This document shows, one piece after another, positions 51,025 to 61,578 of a stretch of 64,000 bases of DNA (position 1 is the stretch's first letter; each line of letters opens with the position of its first letter). Source of the DNA: Monocercomonoides exilis PA203 (Eukaryota; Protista; Preaxostyla); NCBI GenBank assembly GCA_001643675.2, contig LSRY02000001.1:372001-436000 (forward strand), written 5' to 3'. The position numbers and the translations under genes were made by a program. The notes below the pieces were generated by a model. The model saw only the letters and a list, made by a program, of their open reading frames with translations. It searched no databases and was not told the origin of the DNA.

Positions 51025-51695
51025 AGGGCCAAAAAATGTTTTGATCGTGTGGAGCTCTCTTCACAGAATGGCGTTGCTGTGTTGTTTTTTTGGACGGGCC
51101 AGGCAGAATAGCTAATGTCGAAATAGTTAAAGAAGGAATGATTTGTTAATCGAATGGTTTTAGAAGAGGAAGAGAAGAATAAAGGAAAGATACAAACAAT
51201 TAATGACTTTATGAATGAAGGCCAGTGAAGTGATCTTCATTTCACAAGCTGTATCAATCGAATAAAATGATTAAACGCTAACACTCAAACATATCAATAT
51301 TCATTTTATAATAAAGGTTAGAATTGATGATGCTGAGAAAGTGCATCTATATTTTTTGTTTTGTTTTCATTTTGCATTGTTCATTAGAAACAATCTTTCA
51401 TAAAATTTCAATTTCAAAGTCCTTCATTACAGGAACATAAAACCACAAGTTTGCGATGTTAGACAAAGTGAATGAACGTTTTATATTATGATAAAAACAT
51501 ATGTCTGTATGATTTTCCATTTTTCAAAAACATATAAAGAGAAATCATTCGCAACTTAAAGATCATTTTATCACGTTGAAAGCGTTGTATTTTTAATTAT
51601 GATTTATATGCTTTGCTTGTTCAATAAGAATAACTTGAAAAATAGAATGAAATGAAATAAATTTTTAAAAGACAAATACAAAACAGTGATTAAAG

Positions 51696-54601
51696 TCAAA
51701 TATGAAGTAATGCTTCCAAAGTTTGTAAGCTTGTCGAGTTTCTTTTATCTCCAATTATGTTTTTGATTTTCGAAATAATTCTCTCGCAGCTAGCTTCGCT
51801 GCATGGAGATAGGATTAGTGACAAACATAAGCCTGAATACAACGATTGGAGATTACCAAACTCAGCAATTACATTGTAAAAGATTTCTGGATCTTTTTCG
51901 AGCATTTCTTCCGGCTTCGATTTCATCTGATTTTCAAAGAACAACTTGCAAGCAGTTATAGAATTGTTTCCATAATCTTTAAGCACGCTCCGAGCATAAT
52001 TCGTAAATGATCTGTCAAGTCGAGGAAACCAGTTTGTGTATAGCAAATTTTGGATTTCTTGCAAAATAGTTTTTTCTTTCTCTTCGTTGAATTCTATACA
52101 TAAATCTATTTTCTTTGTCGAAAATAATTCCTGTACTTCTTCTTCATCTTGAAACGTCTTTTCTCCAGCTGTGCAGCATGCACAATGAAAGGAGTCATTT
52201 CTCAATTCAGTATCGATGTCTGAAAAATGTTCTGAAGAAGAAGAAGAAGATCTCAAAGTCTGTGAAATGGAAGAAGAAGGAGATGTTGATGATGACGCAA
52301 AATCTTCCCGTATAAATGAAGAATCTTCTGTTTCCAATTCCTTACGAAATATACTATCATATACATCATCAATCGCATCATTTTCTGCTTGCACAAGTCC
52401 ATATTCGTTGCTTGCTTCGCTTTCACTGTCTTCCAAACCCTTCAATCACCAATTTTCGTAAAATCATCTTTTTCTTTTTCTTCAATTTCTTTTATTTGTT
52501 TTTCGATCTCAATAAATTCCTCATTTTTATTTTCCGAACCTAAAAATCATAAAAAAATAATAATAATAATAATAATAAAAAATTGAAGAAATATTGATTG
52601 CAAACTATTGCTTTTAATTGATGAATTTTGTTTGTCGAAGCAAACTTGTTTTCTTTTTGGCGTTGAAAGATCATAAATATCATGAGTATCTTCATTCATG
52701 AAGGAAGTTGAAGAATCGAAAGAATTTAAACTTTTTGACACAAAATATGTTTTTTCCGAAATATCTAATGGAAAAGGCCAAGGATGAAAAATTGAAACAG
52801 GGAAAGATTGAGGTTGATTTAACAATGTTGTTTCACTTTCATCGGATTGTTGAATAGTACACCCCAATGGAAAAAAGGAAGAAAGTTGAGTTTTCGGAAA
52901 TGTATGTTTTCTTAATAGTTGTATTCCTTCTGGGGTTAATGCATAAGAAAGTGACACGTACTCCCCCCGAATTCCTGTTAAAAAATAATTATGTAACAAA
53001 ATGATAATGTTTGCGATTGCGTTGCGCCATTTTGCATCTTGAAACAAACGATGCTTGGAAATATGAAAAAGATAATCAAATGAATCAAGTAAATAAGGAA
53101 ACACTTGAAAAAGCTTTGTTCTGTCTTTTTCAAACTTCAAATGTAGATTCTGCAGAGGGAAAAGCAACAACTCAGTTTTGATGATATCTAACTCACTTGA
53201 ATAGTCCATAAATTTTTGATTAACAACAACATCGAATTTTTTCCTTACAAATGAAGAAATATTGTACAGGCTCATCCATCTTGTTGTGACGAATGAAGGA
53301 ATGCGCTTTTTCAAGAGTGTTCTTACAGATTTAGAATGGGATCGTTGTGAAAAATCTTGTAACATTTGTTTGATGGAAATTAAAAATGGTATTTTTGAAA
53401 AAGCATTAATGATGACTAAATTTGTTAGATGGTTGCAGCAATGAATATGAACTGGAAAAAATGTGTATCTGTTTCTTTCAGAACTTCCTGAGCTAGTTTC
53501 TTCGAATTCAGAGAATTGAGTTATTGCATTTTTCTGTGAAGAAAAACCATCAGTGCAAAAACTTCTGATCACCGCATTGAATGATCGAAACTCTGAGATT
53601 AATTGTTGAATGAATAAAAAAAACTCCGACGTTGTTCCACACGATTCATAAAGACCCCAAAAAAATGGAGAAGAATTCAGAGACAAAATGGAAACATTCA
53701 CCACCATGAATTTTTTATTTGCAGCAGTTGCTCCATCAAACATTACGCTTATTCCCTTGTTTGAAACTTTTTGCTTTTTTTCCTTCTCTTTGTCAGTTTT
53801 TTCATTGATGATCAAATGAGAAATTTTCCTTCGTGTTAAGTATGGGAAAACTGACATAGGTGAAATAGAAGGATTTGCTTGACCGGCTCGAATTAAGGAG
53901 AATATGAATGTATTAACTTCCTTTGAGGATGAAGACAAAAAAGAAGCATTGCACCTTCCAACCATCGATATAAACTGCTTTTCTAATTCTTTGGGTGAAC
54001 AATCTCGTTCAAATGATATAGTGTGCTCTTGAGAACTTTTGGTAATGGGTAAATCTGTCTGTTTTTTGAAATTCAAAAATTCTCTAATACTCAGTAAATC
54101 GCACTTGTGATGTTTAACAATAGAATAATTCTTCCTTCCTGATATGCCGCAAGCACATCCATCCTTGGATACAGGGCAAAGGAAATACTTGTGACAATCT
54201 TTCCCTGTATATCCATTTTCGTCCGTAATTACATAAGTAATCCATAAACTATCTTCCAACAGTTCAAATTTGAGCTTTGATATATATTCATTTTTCTTTT
54301 TTGGATGAACGAACACTAGGAAAAATTAACAAAAAATGAATCTTGAATATTATTTTCAAATTTAACGTTAACCTGTTCCATATTTTGAGTTAATGCGTTT
54401 TTGCAGTTGAACAAATGAGCACTTCGCTTTCTCCATTTTCTTTTTCATTTTTTCATAAGCTTCTTGCTGCAATGAATCAAATACAAAATAAAATATTTTA
54501 ACAAATGCATTTTTTGAAAAGCAAACAATTAGAGGGTTATTGAGGCTCGAAACCAACTCATCTGGTAATTCACTTTGATAATCTTTCGACAGTATTTCCA
54601 T
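51696..54601 (-). pseudogene. hAT transposase (intron-containing, probably inactivated)
   Basis: Motifs FDGAT, CTDG, HCCNH, TRWMSLY and the dimerisation domain SPCSEASCERIISKIK...KRNST. A GT-AG intron at 54316-54372 keeps the frame. Two in-frame TGA codons lie just upstream of 52445 in the last exon. Confidence 0.88.
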
Positions 54602-55243
54602 TTGCGTATTGACTGAAGCTGACGTCAGTGACCGTCAATGACAATTGAAATTCCTCAAATGACTAATGCGTCAGTGTAATATATTTTATTTGTGTGATCA
54701 AAAATAAAAACAAAATTCAAAGATACTATTTATTAATTTTTTGAAGGTTAGAAAAAAGAATAAAAATAATATTAACATTATCAAAAGACTGTGAAAGAAT
54801 TAATGAAAAATTTTCAGTGACGTGATAAAATTTCCAAGTCCGTCAGAATTCGAAAATTTCACGTCAAAAGTCAGTACGTCACTCAGGTTTAGCTCAGTCG
54901 TTCAAGTGAAGTGCGAGCGGTGAATGACAAGTAAAAATTAAGGAATAAAATAATTGTTATCAAAAATTAACAATTGATGTGCAAAAACAAAGTGCACAAG
55001 GTGGTGTTGATAAATTCCTACAAACAATTACAAAAGTGAGTGAATTGGACAAATTTGTGCCAAACATATCTCATTTCCAAAGGGTGGGAAGAGTTTAACT
55101 CGTGGTGGGAAAAGAGGTGTTGAAGTTCAACGATTGTTCTCGGCGAATTAAAATGCAAAGCCTTTCAATTCTTAAGAACAATCGTTGAACTTCAACACCT
55201 CCTTATTTTGGGAGTAAAATAGTTGGGATTTCCTTCTTTAAAA

Positions 55244-56460
55244 TTAAGCTCCGACTCCAATTATTGTATTCAGAATTGCAACTGCTCCTTCCTGATTTCT
55301 TTCCATAAAAATCTCTTCGTTATCACGGTCTTCTTCTCCTGGTTCTTCAACCTTGTTGGGGAATATTGTTTCTCCTTCAGAGGCCTTTGGAAAATTCGTA
55401 GATGTGGTTTGCGCTGACTGAGCATAATCGTTTTTATCCTGCAAGCACATATGGCTTTGAGGTTTCCTATTGTCGACCGTTGATAACAAGGTGTCCGCCA
55501 TCCTTGAAGCTAAATTTGCTTTGAAGTATGAACGAGTTGGAGTGTGTGAGTTTGGGGACATAAGCGCGTGCCTTGCAACCATTGCTTCAGGCACTCCTTT
55601 GGACAATAGTGCTGAAATAGCTGCATGCTTGAGAGTGTAAGGTCGATATTCACCTGGAATCCCAATCTGCGTCATTCCAAGGCGGGCCAACTTACGAATT
55701 CCTACTGTCTTAAGCGGAGTGTGCTGTACCGTGTTGAGTAAAAATGTGTCTCTATTTTCATAAGTTGTCATAACTCTGCCCCAAAGTGATTTAATAGCTC
55801 TTCCTGGGCAAACCTTTTCGTCCGCACAATTCAAATTTGGAACTGTTATGAATGAGTGTGTTGGAGACATTTAGAAATTTGTGAATTGATGGATGGAATC
55901 CTCTTGTATAACCGATTGGCTCATGGAAATTCTTTCCATCTCGCGGAAGCGGCATGCTGTGAAAATGATTTACAGGATTACGCATTTTACGGTCAAATCA
56001 AAGAATGATAATTCCTCATTTGGAGGCATGCGATTGTAATTGTCAAATACGATTGAAGGAGACCACATTGATGTGAATGGTTTCTTTGGGATGTGAGATC
56101 TATGAAACGATCAAAACATAGTCTCTATCAATGGGACTTGCCCCAGGTTTTCTCCATTACTGATTCTTGTGAACAGCGAGACCGCGGATCTCGTTGTGCA
56201 AAGGCATGAATATGGTAAACCTTTATCTCTCAACTTTATAAAAATGTTAGCACAGATCTGGGACCAATCGCTGAATTCCTTCGGAAAGTCTCCATATCCC
56301 TCTTCCTCCAACGCCTGCGAGAAATGTGCAAAGCCGAACATATACGAAGACCAAGTTGTGGAAGCGACACAATTTCGAGACTCAAAGATAATGAGATCAG
56401 GAACATTGAACCTTTTTAGCCCGCGCTTCCACCATTCCTCCCCGATTTCCATTACCAATT
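55244..56460 (-). pseudogene. Tyrosine recombinase of element B (a few premature stops)
   Basis: ACRFREMER (catalytic Arg), VCPGRAI, YTLKHA and TRSYF (catalytic Tyr) lie in one reading frame. Confidence 0.85.
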
Positions 56461-58311
56461 TAGTCTCCCCGCAATGTAACCTCCTGGTTGGAGAAATGCT
56501 CCTGTTCTCTTTAAGCCTATGCCTGGTTGAAGAATAACTTGCGAATTCTTCCAATATACGAAGCGTGTCATCATTCTTTTCAATAGAGGCGTCCAGATTT
56601 GATTTCTCCAGGCTGGAATTAGAATAACTGCTCTTGCTCTCTCTCTCCAAATCTTCCTCAGACACGGAAGGATAAGCGGAACAGGGGGATGAACAAGAGT
56701 CACTGCGTATTTCCAACTTACGGCCTATCCGTCCTCTGCGAAGGGACTTCCTGGTCCAAACCAAATTTGTGCTTTGCTGTTTCCTTGACTTGCGAATGCA
56801 TCCTGCTCTATTTCGACATTCAACTGCTTCTGCACCTCCTCCATTCCCTTCCGTGTGATCTGGTAGTCTCCTGATCTTTCTAGTCTTGATAAGGAATCTG
56901 CTGCACCGTTCAAAACGCCTGGAAGATGAAACGCTTTCACATTGATCCCCATCTGGAGAATTGCTCGTCTGATCTTCCTTATGATGCAGATTAAGTTTCT
57001 TCCTGCAGCCCAGCGGTTTATGTTGAAGACAACGCTTGAGTTGTCTGATCTTAGAAGCAAATTCTTCATCTTGTATTTCTTGATATAGGGCTCGAAATGG
57101 TTGAGAGAAAGGACAACTGCCAGTGTTTCCTTGAAATTTGAACTTTGCGAAATGAATCTTCGATCGAAAGGCTGATGATAATGGTAACATGTTCCGTTGA
57201 CTTCTAAGATGGCTCCACAGGCCCGAGGAGCTGCATCTGTTGTTAATATCGCATCTGGCACTGAGAAAATTTCCAAATCTCTTTTTTCTTCCTTCTTCAA
57301 GCGCGATTCCCAATATGAGATTTGTTTGAAAACTCCGTAATTCATTGCGAATTCTCCGTCCCATCCATTTTTTCGAACAATTCTGTTTTGCAGAGCGTAT
57401 AATCTGTTCATTTGAAGCCCTGCATCTTTGCACACAAATCGCACTGCGCTTATTGAACCGATGAATGAGGCATGATCTCTTGTTTTCACTATCGCTCCAA
57501 TTTTTGCTTTTGTCATCCACCGCTTGCACTCCTTGCTCAATGCCTTCCTTCTGTTCCTTTCTAATGACACTGTTATCTTTGTTGTTCTCCAAGTCCAACC
57601 CAAGAAGTTGAAGACTTGTCTCGGAGTTACACTACTCTTTTCCACATTGACCATAAGTCCAAGCTCTGCAAACCATTTTATCACTTTGTCCGTCACTTCT
57701 GTCAGATAGATAGGATCTTGGTGGATAAGGATAACATCGTCCAAGTACGCCATGCATTTTACATCCCATTGCTCTCTGATGCCTTGCAATACCTTTCTCA
57801 TCAGTCGCGTGAAGATCCGTGGAGCATCTTTGAACCCGAATGGCATGCCGCGAAAAGCGAATGTTTCTTCGTGAAAGGAAAAGGCGAGAAACGGAACAAA
57901 CGAATCGTGAACTGGGACGAGGAAGTATGCTTGGGATAAATCTAAGGTAGTGGCGAAATCGTTGTGCTCTAATAATCTTTCCAAAGTTAGGTGGTCTTCC
58001 ATTTTGAAATGGATGTTCTTCACAGCAGCATTTAACGGACGGCAGTCTAGTATTTGTCGATATTTTCCATCTTTTTTTGGGATGAAAAACATGTTGCTCA
58101 GGCAACGCACCTTCTTCCTGTCTATCTTTGATATGACACCTGTTGCTAAACCTTTTTTTATCCAAGCGGAACAGGCTAACTCCTCCTTCTGTCCTCCGAA
58201 AAATCCCTTGTTCATTCTTCTTCTCTCATTAATCTGTCCTTTGCCTGTTTTCCCTTCCAGACCGGGCATATTCCCTCCGATATAGAATTTGTTACACCGA
58301 TCTTCTTCCAC
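56452..58311 (-). pseudogene. RT / RNase H / MTase ORF of element B (one premature TAG at 56725-56727)
   Basis: YRQILDCRPLN, TLDLSQAY, MPFG, YLDD; TTDAA, SDNSS, AADSLSR; DAFAS...HPPVPLI. Confidence 0.92.
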
Positions 58312-58342
58312 TCCGCGGAGAACAATCTAGTTCTTCCACCCA

Positions 58343-59143
58343 CTATTGCTTCTTTCCCCAAGCCTTCCTGGAAAATGTTCCTGGTCGAGGCCCGCAGCAG
58401 CGGGCCTGCACGCGAAAAAATCTTGTTCTAGTGATCCTTCTTTTTGGTTGAGGTTTGGCCGTTGAGTGTTTGGCTTCAAGAATGGGTTTGATGATTTCGA
58501 GTTTGTCATTGGTGATAAGGGGATCTTCAGATCCGTCCTTTAAAACGCGGGCAGCTTTGAAACCATATTCCACCTGAATGCGGGAATGTCTTGCCTCTTG
58601 CAACGCGGCAATGATCATAAGCACCGCATCAGCAAGTCGATCCCGTTGTGAAGCTCCCTCATCCTGTAGTAAAATCAGTGCCTTCAGAGCAAGGAATAAA
58701 TATTGCTCCACTCTCCAACCGCTCGAATCCAAGGCATCCTTTATCCAATTTGAAGATCTTGAATGGGCATGTGTTTGCGATGGTATGAATGGGACAAATG
58801 ATAAAGATTCATAAGCATTCTTGGTTTCCTGAACATCTGCGCGATCAAGCTGAAAATTAAATACTGGAGCAGACACAACTTCTCCGAAGAGTTCCGTAGA
58901 TAAAGTTGCAAGTTTGTTGGTTGACGGAATCACCTGTGACCCGCTGTGACTTTGGCTTGATTGAGTCTGTGAGATGGGGGATGTTGAGCTACTTGTGGAG
59001 TTGGATTGAGATAGATCCAAGCCGCCCGTTGGTCCGCCCGCAGAGAATATACTGCTTGGTTCAGACGCAGGTCCAAAATTAATAGCTTCAATTTCCTTTG
59101 ATCTGTTGAACGACTGAGCCCTTAATATAGCGCTCACTCCCAA
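58343..59143 (-). CDS. ORF1 (gag-like position) of element B
   Basis: 266-aa ORF homologous to ORF1 of elements A and C (PF...SRS..W..DAL, ADA..LI..ALQEARH.RIQ..YG). Confidence 0.65.
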   Translation of the reverse strand: MGVSAILRAQSFNRSKEIEAINFGPASEPSSIFSAGGPTGGLDLSQSNSTSSSTSPISQTQSSQSHSGSQVIPSTNKLATLSTELFGEVVSAPVFNFQLDRADVQETKNAYESLSFVPFIPSQTHAHSRSSNWIKDALDSSGWRVEQYLFLALKALILLQDEGASQRDRLADAVLMIIAALQEARHSRIQVEYGFKAARVLKDGSEDPLITNDKLEIIKPILEAKHSTAKPQPKRRITRTRFFRVQARCCGPRPGTFSRKAWGKKQ

Positions 59144-59203
59144 AATAAGGAGGTGTTGAAGTTCAACGATTGTTCTTAAGAATTAAAATGCAAAGCCTTT
59201 TAA

Positions 59204-59797
59204 TTCGTTAAGTACAAACAAAACTTCAAGACCTCCTAATTAAGGGAGTGAGCTCTGCATTATGGGCTCAGCTTGTTACAAAAGTGATGTTATCAAAAGG
59301 ATGAAGTGTTTAAAATTACAAAACAACAATTTTTCCCTGTGTAAAAAGGAGTGCTGATGTGTTGTTGCACTCGGCAATAGTCTTAGGCTTGGCTTGGCCT
59401 GACTTGTGGTTTTGGCATCTGGTTAATTGCGCTCGCGTTTGATATAGGCTATCGAACCCGGATATCAGCATCGGTTCTCGATATTTGCTAACTGCATATG
59501 TTATTGGTATTATTCTGGTGCTACTAAATCTTTGGCTTGGTTTGTTGATTTCTTCAATTACATCTGTGCCATATTGGCTCAATTTCTCTCTTCGTCATTT
59601 TGTCTCTTTTTCTATCTCTAGCATTGTTTCTGGTTGTGAATTGTTATTATTAGGGAAAAGCATTAATAAAATGGGAATAATTTGACCTCATCAATAAAGT
59701 GAAATTTTATTATTTTGAAACAAGAAATAGTGAGCGGTAAGAGCAGCAATATTCCTGTCTGTAAAAGAGGTGTTGTTAATAGATTTTTCTCTTAGAA
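59204..59797 (+). mobile_element. Non-autonomous 594-bp YR-family unit D
   Basis: The left end (ttcgttaagtacaaacaaaacttcaagacctcctaattaagggagtgagctctgcattatgggctcagc) and right end (gaggtgttgttaatagatttttctcttagaa) are diverged versions of the family ITR and 5' motif. Confidence 0.65.
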
Positions 59798-59818
59798 TGC
59801 AAGAACAGAGTGAAATTA

Positions 59819-61442
59819 TTCGAGAGAAAAACCATTATCCACAACACCTCCTAATAAAGGGAGTGTTCATAATTGTGAATTTCTTTTTTTCCGCATGTCT
59901 CGATACAATAAACTGTCCCCTTATGTCTCTGTCCCTTCTCTGGTCTTCTCTGATCCTGATTCTTTTATTTTTTCCGTTTCCTTATACTCTTGTTCTTCGA
60001 CTCATGTTGGGAGTATCACTGTTTGACTTGTCCGCAACGCGGATAATATCCGAATAGCATGCTCTTGAACCCATTGTGTCTTTCTTCGAACTTGAAGGAT
60101 GAGTATGAGGTGAAGTCCTTGTGAATTGGAATTAGGAAATAAGCCTGAGAAAGATCTTGCGAGGTTGCGAAATCTCCCGTCTGGATCAGCCTCTCCAATG
60201 TGCGATGTTCTTCCATTTTGAAATGAATATCTTTCAGTGCGGCATTGAGTGGACAGCAATCGAGGATTTGGCGGAACTTCACTGTCTTCTTCTTTATGAA
60301 AAATATATTGCTTAAGTGACAGACCTCTCCTTCTTCCAACAGTGTAAAATATCTGTCCTGAGTCCTTCATGAATCCATTCTGAACAAGCCTCTTTCTCCT
60401 CTCTGCCTCCCAGGAAGCCTCTGCCTTTCTCCTTTTCCTGTTTCGACTCGTCTCTTGTCACTCTCCTTTATCAAATGGGACTTTAACTGTCTGATATCCC
60501 ATCTGTCTTCCGATCTTCTTCCATTCCTCAGCAAAGGCTTAAGTGCTGCTCCCTGCTTTCTCCGAAAAAAATTGCTTCTTGATGCTGAACGTGTTGATCT
60601 TCCAGTTCCCGAGCTTGTAGATCTAGTTTTCCATGAACCAATTCTCCTTGTTCTGTGTGACAAGTGTGAAACAGCGCTTTCCTGTCTCCGCTCTGTTCTG
60701 GACTGCAAAATTGGCTTCATCCTGTCCAGCTGCTCTGTGGTCAATAACGGATCATCCTTTTCTTCCTGAAGTGTTTTGGCGGGCTTGATACCGAATTTGG
60801 ATTAAATATGCACGTGGAGCGGTGCTTGGAGTGCTGCGACTATCAGCATCTTTGAATCTCCCTGGTGTTGTTGTACTTCTTCTGTTTTGCCTTTTGTTGC
60901 CATCAACATCGCTTTCAATGCGTTCATAAAAAAGGTTTCATCATTGAACGCTCCTTCATCAAAAGCATCAAAAAGCCAACTTAGAGATCTCGAATGTGGA
61001 TAGGTTGCAGAAGGCAGGAACTGGGAGACTGACAGTGATTCATCATCTTGCAAAATCTGGAATTGATTTCACTGACCCACATTATGAGCAGACACTGAAC
61101 TTTGCAAGTTTTCCACAAAGAAGGATTTGGTTGCTTCTATCAGTGATTGTGTTGAGGAATGAGATGAGCAAAATGGACTAGTTGATGTTGAGGTTGCTGA
61201 GGTTGAGGAGACAGCTGACATCACTGGGAATTAGGTATCAGGTGCACCTGCAGTTGGAATGGAGATGTGAGGCGCCATTCCCATACCGCATGGAGGTCCA
61301 CTTTGCGGGAATATCCCGCTCAGTCATACGAAGGTCATTCCAACAATGTGGATATTTTCTAATTTTGTGTTCGGCTGAGCTCATCATGCAAATCTCATTA
61401 TTTCAATAAAGAGGCGTTGTCGATAACGGTTTTTCTCTAGAA
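59819..61442 (-). mobile_element. Internally deleted YR retrotransposon C (ORF1 remnants plus RT N-terminal fragment)
   Basis: RT fragment FRQILDCCPLN...QDLSQAYF...MLFG (60016-60339) and ORF1 remnant 60802-61053. ITRs at 59819-59850 and 61411-61442. Confidence 0.85.
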
Positions 61443-61478
61443 TTAAGGAATAGTGTTCTTTTATTCATAATAATTTTC

Positions 61479-61513
61479 GCACACACACACACACACACAC
61501 ATACACACACACG

Positions 61514-61570
<57 letters not shown>
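61479..61570. repeat. (CA)n microsatellite followed by a long poly(A) run
   Basis: Directly visible. Confidence 0.9.
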
Positions 61571-61572
<2 letters not shown>

Positions 61573-61578
61573 AATAAA

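Larger units (their letters stand above)
46297..54891 (-). mobile_element. hAT DNA transposon (8.6 kb) carrying cargo
   Basis: TIRs tgaacctgagtgacgt (46297-46312) and acgtcactcaggttta (54876-54891) match at 15/16. Perfect 8-bp TSD GCTCAGTC (46289-46296, 54892-54899), subterminal CGTCA/TGACG repeats and an internal hAT transposase. Confidence 0.92.
46226..55147 (+). mobile_element. Non-autonomous mini YR element (about 320 bp: 46226-46296 plus 54900-55147) split by the hAT insertion
   Basis: Its start (ttcgccgagaacaatcaagaacttcaacacctccttattttgggagtgagcgccatattaacggctcagtc) matches the 5' end of element B. It resumes after the hAT with gctcagtcgttcaa and ends in the matching ITR at 55114-55147. 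Confidence 0.8.
55169..59182 (-). mobile_element. DIRS-like YR retrotransposon, family B (near full length)
   Basis: Perfect 47-bp ITRs (55169-55215, 59136-59182). ORF1 58343-59143, RT-RNase H-MTase 58311-56452, YR about 56460-55244. Confidence 0.92.

Noticed and set aside
55114-59865. CRISPR array or rho-independent terminator interpretation of the repeated hairpins
   Set aside because: The context is eukaryotic with no cas genes. The repeats are kilobases apart and are element ITRs.
61513-61570. Poly(A) as the tail of a LINE/SINE or retrocopy
   Set aside because: No TSD or non-LTR ORF lies upstream, the adjacent element C is in the opposite orientation, and the run may be inflated by sequencing.
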